Part shown: positions 60,382-64,000 of the stretch, one piece after another | Numbering within the stretch: position 1 is the first letter of the stretch | How the letters are laid out: every line of letters starts with the position of its first letter | Assembly: GCF_009834535.1 (NCBI RefSeq) | Contig: NC_045697.1 | Location: 108,006,001 to 108,070,000, forward strand | Source of the DNA: Camelus ferus | Taxonomy: Eukaryota | DNA length: 64,000 nt | Reading direction: 5' to 3' | Notes under the pieces: generated by a model | What the model saw: the letters and a program-made list of their open reading frames with translations, nothing else | Told to the model about the DNA's origin: nothing | Database searches by the model: none | Position numbers and translations under genes: made by a program

Positions 60382-62774
60382 GTATTGCTTTGTTCCTGTG
60401 AAAAGCAGCATGGTTCACTTTGAGTCTCCCATTTTTTTTTCCCTCTAAGCATAATTTTGATGCTGTGGGAATTCTCACCAAGCAACATTCTGCAGATAAG
60501 TCCTGGGAGAATATCTGATTTGTGTTTGCACGTAATTTTCCTGGTGTGGATCCTAGGTAACAGAAAGGCTAAATAATACCTACAATCCTTGAAAAGTTTC
60601 TTCAATTATGGAGCTGTTGAATCTCTGTTAAGACCCGATGGAACTGATAGTCCCTGCCTGGTCCAATAAACCAAAAGGGTAATTTCCACCTCTTTAAGTG
60701 GATTTGGATTTGATACATATATATTTATCACAAGTTAATGAAAATCTGTGCTTCTGATCCAGGAGGATACCCGGCTCTCCCTTCTCTCTTACCGAGAAAC
60801 ATTCAAGTAAAAACGTCCTTGTGAGAATTCCCCATAGGAAACTCCATGCATCTGCTCAGATTAAAAAGGCATCAACTTATTTATTTCCTCTAATAGAGAG
60901 GGACTTCTCTGAACACCAAGTTACCTCCTGGAAGGCCAGTGGCTTTGTTCTGGGAATTCTGAGATGCCAGAAGATTGGAGTGATGCTCTTAATAGTAGAT
61001 TTGGGCATGTACAAATGCCGATAACCACATGTAAACTGTGCTGCAGGGCTCAGCTGCCTTTGTTGGAGGCACGGACTTGGCGATTCCAGGAAATTTCTGA
61101 GGCTCTGCACATTTCTTTCAGATTCAGAGTTACTCTTTGATATCACAATTCACACAGGTATTTCTAGCCTGTCTCAGTTAGCCTAGTGGATAATGTCAGG
61201 AATGGAGCTCGGTTTGTAGCAAGCTGGAGAGCTAACTTCTTCTTCTGAAATTAAATTAGGAGTAGCCATAGTCCCTCCTATCTCTGAAAGCTGGGCTGCA
61301 TAATAAAGTGGAACTGAATGCTGTGCTCAGGAAATTTATGCCGCATTTGCAGCGACATTTCCAATAAAAAAAATTGAATTGATGAGCAGAGAGTTAATCA
61401 TGTTGTAACTGTATATAATCTCATGAATCAGTCTCCCCTGGAGTAATAATGAAAAATGAGTAGGTCCTGGGCTACCCGGTCATGTTTTCTGGCTTAACTT
61501 TCCATCAGCAAGAACCAGGCAGCCAGGCACAATGGCTTCCGAGGAGAGCCAGTTAAGAAACTGGATTTGCCTGTAAAAATGCCTACACTTTTAGTCTGTC
61601 CAGATTTGGAAGAGATTTAGCTGCTTTTCTAGCTAAAGTTGTGGTGACAATGATTGCAAATGAATTCTTCATCCGGGCACATTCTGAAAGGTCAGTTCTG
61701 GGCATCCATAAAAGAAAAAAAAAAACCTCATAAGTTAACCGAAGGGACAAAATGGTAGTTATTCTAGTACTGTTGTCTTTAAGCAGTAGCTGGTAAGCCC
61801 GGGCTATTAGGTATTAATGGTTTTTTCTCTATAGCAGTGAAAAAAAAACTTGCTTTAGTTCCAGAGAAAGCCAGTTTGACTGTTCATCCAAACAAATTAA
61901 AAATACATATTTGATCTCCTTTCAGCTTTCTGAAATTCCAATACTGAGTACTTTGTAACCAGTACACATGCGAGTCCTCTGGTGATCATAAGTTCTGCTA
62001 TTAATATGTATACACAGCGCCTTAAAAATCAGCTCACAGTGCAATCTGCTATTGTGTTTTACGTGAATGACTCATGACTGCAAGTTTAAATGGTCACTAC
62101 AGAGAAAGCTCATCAGAGATTTTTAACGATGTCCCTTTTCCAAGTCAAGTGTCAAAATAATTCTTCCAGTTAATTTTTCTAGAATCACTCCATTTTCTTC
62201 CTCCCTTAAGTGAAGAGTTAACCATTAGTCAAGGACTAATGCAACAGTCTGAAGTTTTTATTGACAGAAACCTGCCCCACCCTGGCCTCAACTTTAAATT
62301 TAAATCCCAAATTTAAAATATTGACATTCAAGTGGCCAAGGATGTTGCTCACCAAAGTTAGAAGAAAGTCCAAGTGACTACAGGGTGTTTTCTTCATAAG
62401 TAAATCACATTTGGTGGTGTCACAGTTTTAATGGGAGACAAGTACTGGTGTAACATTATGGTTCTCCAAGCATGGTGAGTGTTCTCTGAGGTTTCTGTCT
62501 CTCAGGGGTGGAAAGAAGTCATTTCATATCAAACATGTGTTATAGTTATGAGAACTGTCCTGGGTTCTGAAAGTTAAGGAGTATCCAAATGTTGGCAGCT
62601 TACTAAAGCAATGCAAACTGGTCAGTCCCGGAAGAAGCGATTCACAAAAGGAAATGGAATGTACTCATTCATCCTAGATGCTGAAGACCCCAGAACAGCT
62701 ATCGGGAGCTCTATTAAAGCTTGTTATTTATGTTATCCCTCTGGGTCTTTAAAAAGCTATGGAACCCCTTAGAT

Positions 62775-62976
62775 CTGTGCTGTCCAATATAGTTGCCCTA
62801 GCAACATGCGGCTATTTAAATTTAAGCTAATTAAAAATTCTACAAAATTAAAAATTCAGCTCCTCCGTTGCCTTAGCCCCATTTCAGGCTGTCTATATCC
62901 ACCTGTGGCTATCCTTTTGGACAGTGCAGATACTGAACTTTTTCATCATTGCAGAAAGTTAGATTGGATGGTGCTG
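62775..62976. mobile_element. MER3-like hAT-Charlie element
   Basis: ctgtgctgtccaatatag...aaattaaaaattcagctcctc...ttggacagtgcagata...catcattgcagaaagtt..attgga. Confidence 0.8.
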
Positions 62977-63039
62977 CCTTAAATGTAAAAAGAAAAAAAA
63001 AGAAATATGTATGGAGAAGTTACAATCCAGTAGGCATCC

Positions 63040-63185
63040 TATTTGATCTAGATTCTTCTCATTTCATGGTGAAGAAGCTTCGCCCCAGAGAGCTTAAAGC
63101 ACTTGCTCAAGTCACGTAACTGATAAGGAGCAGAGTTAGGACTCTAATCACTTCCTCTTGACTCCAAGCCCAGGGCCATTTCCAA
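63040..63185 (-). mobile_element. MIR fragment
   Basis: ctcatttcatggtgaagaa...cccagagagcttaaagcacttgctcaagtcac...tgactccaagccca. Confidence 0.65.
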
Positions 63186-64000
63186 TCCATGGCCAAGCAA
63201 TGGCTCGTCCATTTATCTGTCTAACACACACTTAATGATAGAGAGATGATAGATCCTAGTGATTATTACAGGACAACAGGTAAAAACCAGTGCTTAGCAA
63301 ACTGGTCCCTCTACTTACTGAGGACCTGTGCTAGCCACTGGGGCTATAAGCTTTGGAGGATGAGTACATTTCTTGGCTTTATAGCACTTTGAGCCTAGTG
63401 GGGGAATCAAACCTTAAATATATAATCAAAAACTAATTATCAGCCACGATTGTGATAAGTATCAAAGAGGAGAGCCCATCTGTTTTGGGAGAGGCTTCCA
63501 AATCCCATTAAATAACAACAACAATAGTAAGTAGCAATAAAGCCGCAGTTTCCAATGCCTGTGAAGTTCAAATTAGGAAGATAAATCTGTGATACTGTGG
63601 GCCTCCTGATGGATGTGTCCACTGTAATCTTTATGCCTAGGAAACAGAGAGGTCTATTTCATTCAGGGTCATTCTGGGTTAGCATGACCAACTTCAATTT
63701 CACCCGATTCTCCTTGGGTGGAAGCAGTTTTGAAACGAGGAGCTGAGATCGGCTAATTTGTCAACATTACAAAGCAGAAGGCTTATCCTCGTAACTCTTC
63801 TTCCTCATCCAGCCTTCCCGGCGGCAGCAGCTGACATATGAACCTCGCAGATGAAGATGCCATAGGCTGGCTATTTCTCGACCACACTGCTGAGGGTCAG
63901 AGAGTGGGAAAATGCTTCTTCTTAGCCATTTCTTTGTCATTTTTAACAGGTTTAAACTCAAATACTCATAAAAGGAGATTGAGAGCCAGTATGCTGTACT

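Noticed and set aside
1..64000. CRISPR arrays, prokaryotic operons or defence systems; host-gene strand inferred from L1 orientation
   Set aside because: The window is mammalian repeat-rich DNA with no regularly spaced repeat-spacer array. L1 fragments occur on both strands, so no host transcription direction can be inferred.

Overview
Mammalian non-coding DNA, most likely from a camelid (inferred from five tRNA-Ala(AGC)-headed SINEs resembling the camelid Vic-1 family). I recognise no host protein-coding exon. The dominant feature is a full-length ~7.1 kb LINE-1 on the minus strand (3692-10808), with a 17-bp target-site duplication (TSD), a CpG-rich 5'UTR, ORF1, ORF2 (endonuclease, RT and CCHC motifs present) and a short A tail. 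Each ORF has a single +1 frameshift and no nonsense codon. The ~404-nt spacer between the ORFs holds a chain of mini-ORFs, a strong 3' splice site and a 75-codon ORF whose stop overlaps the ORF2 start; this is the most unusual structure I found. The rest is a nested repeat landscape: truncated L1s, ERV1, ERVL and MaLR solo LTRs, L2, MIR, hAT MERs and microsatellites. Several repeat-free blocks are rich in homeodomain motifs and could be enhancers. Repeat family names come from my recall of consensus sequences, not from a database search, and boundaries of old repeats are approximate. I found no convincing wholly novel system; the findings are hypotheses to test.
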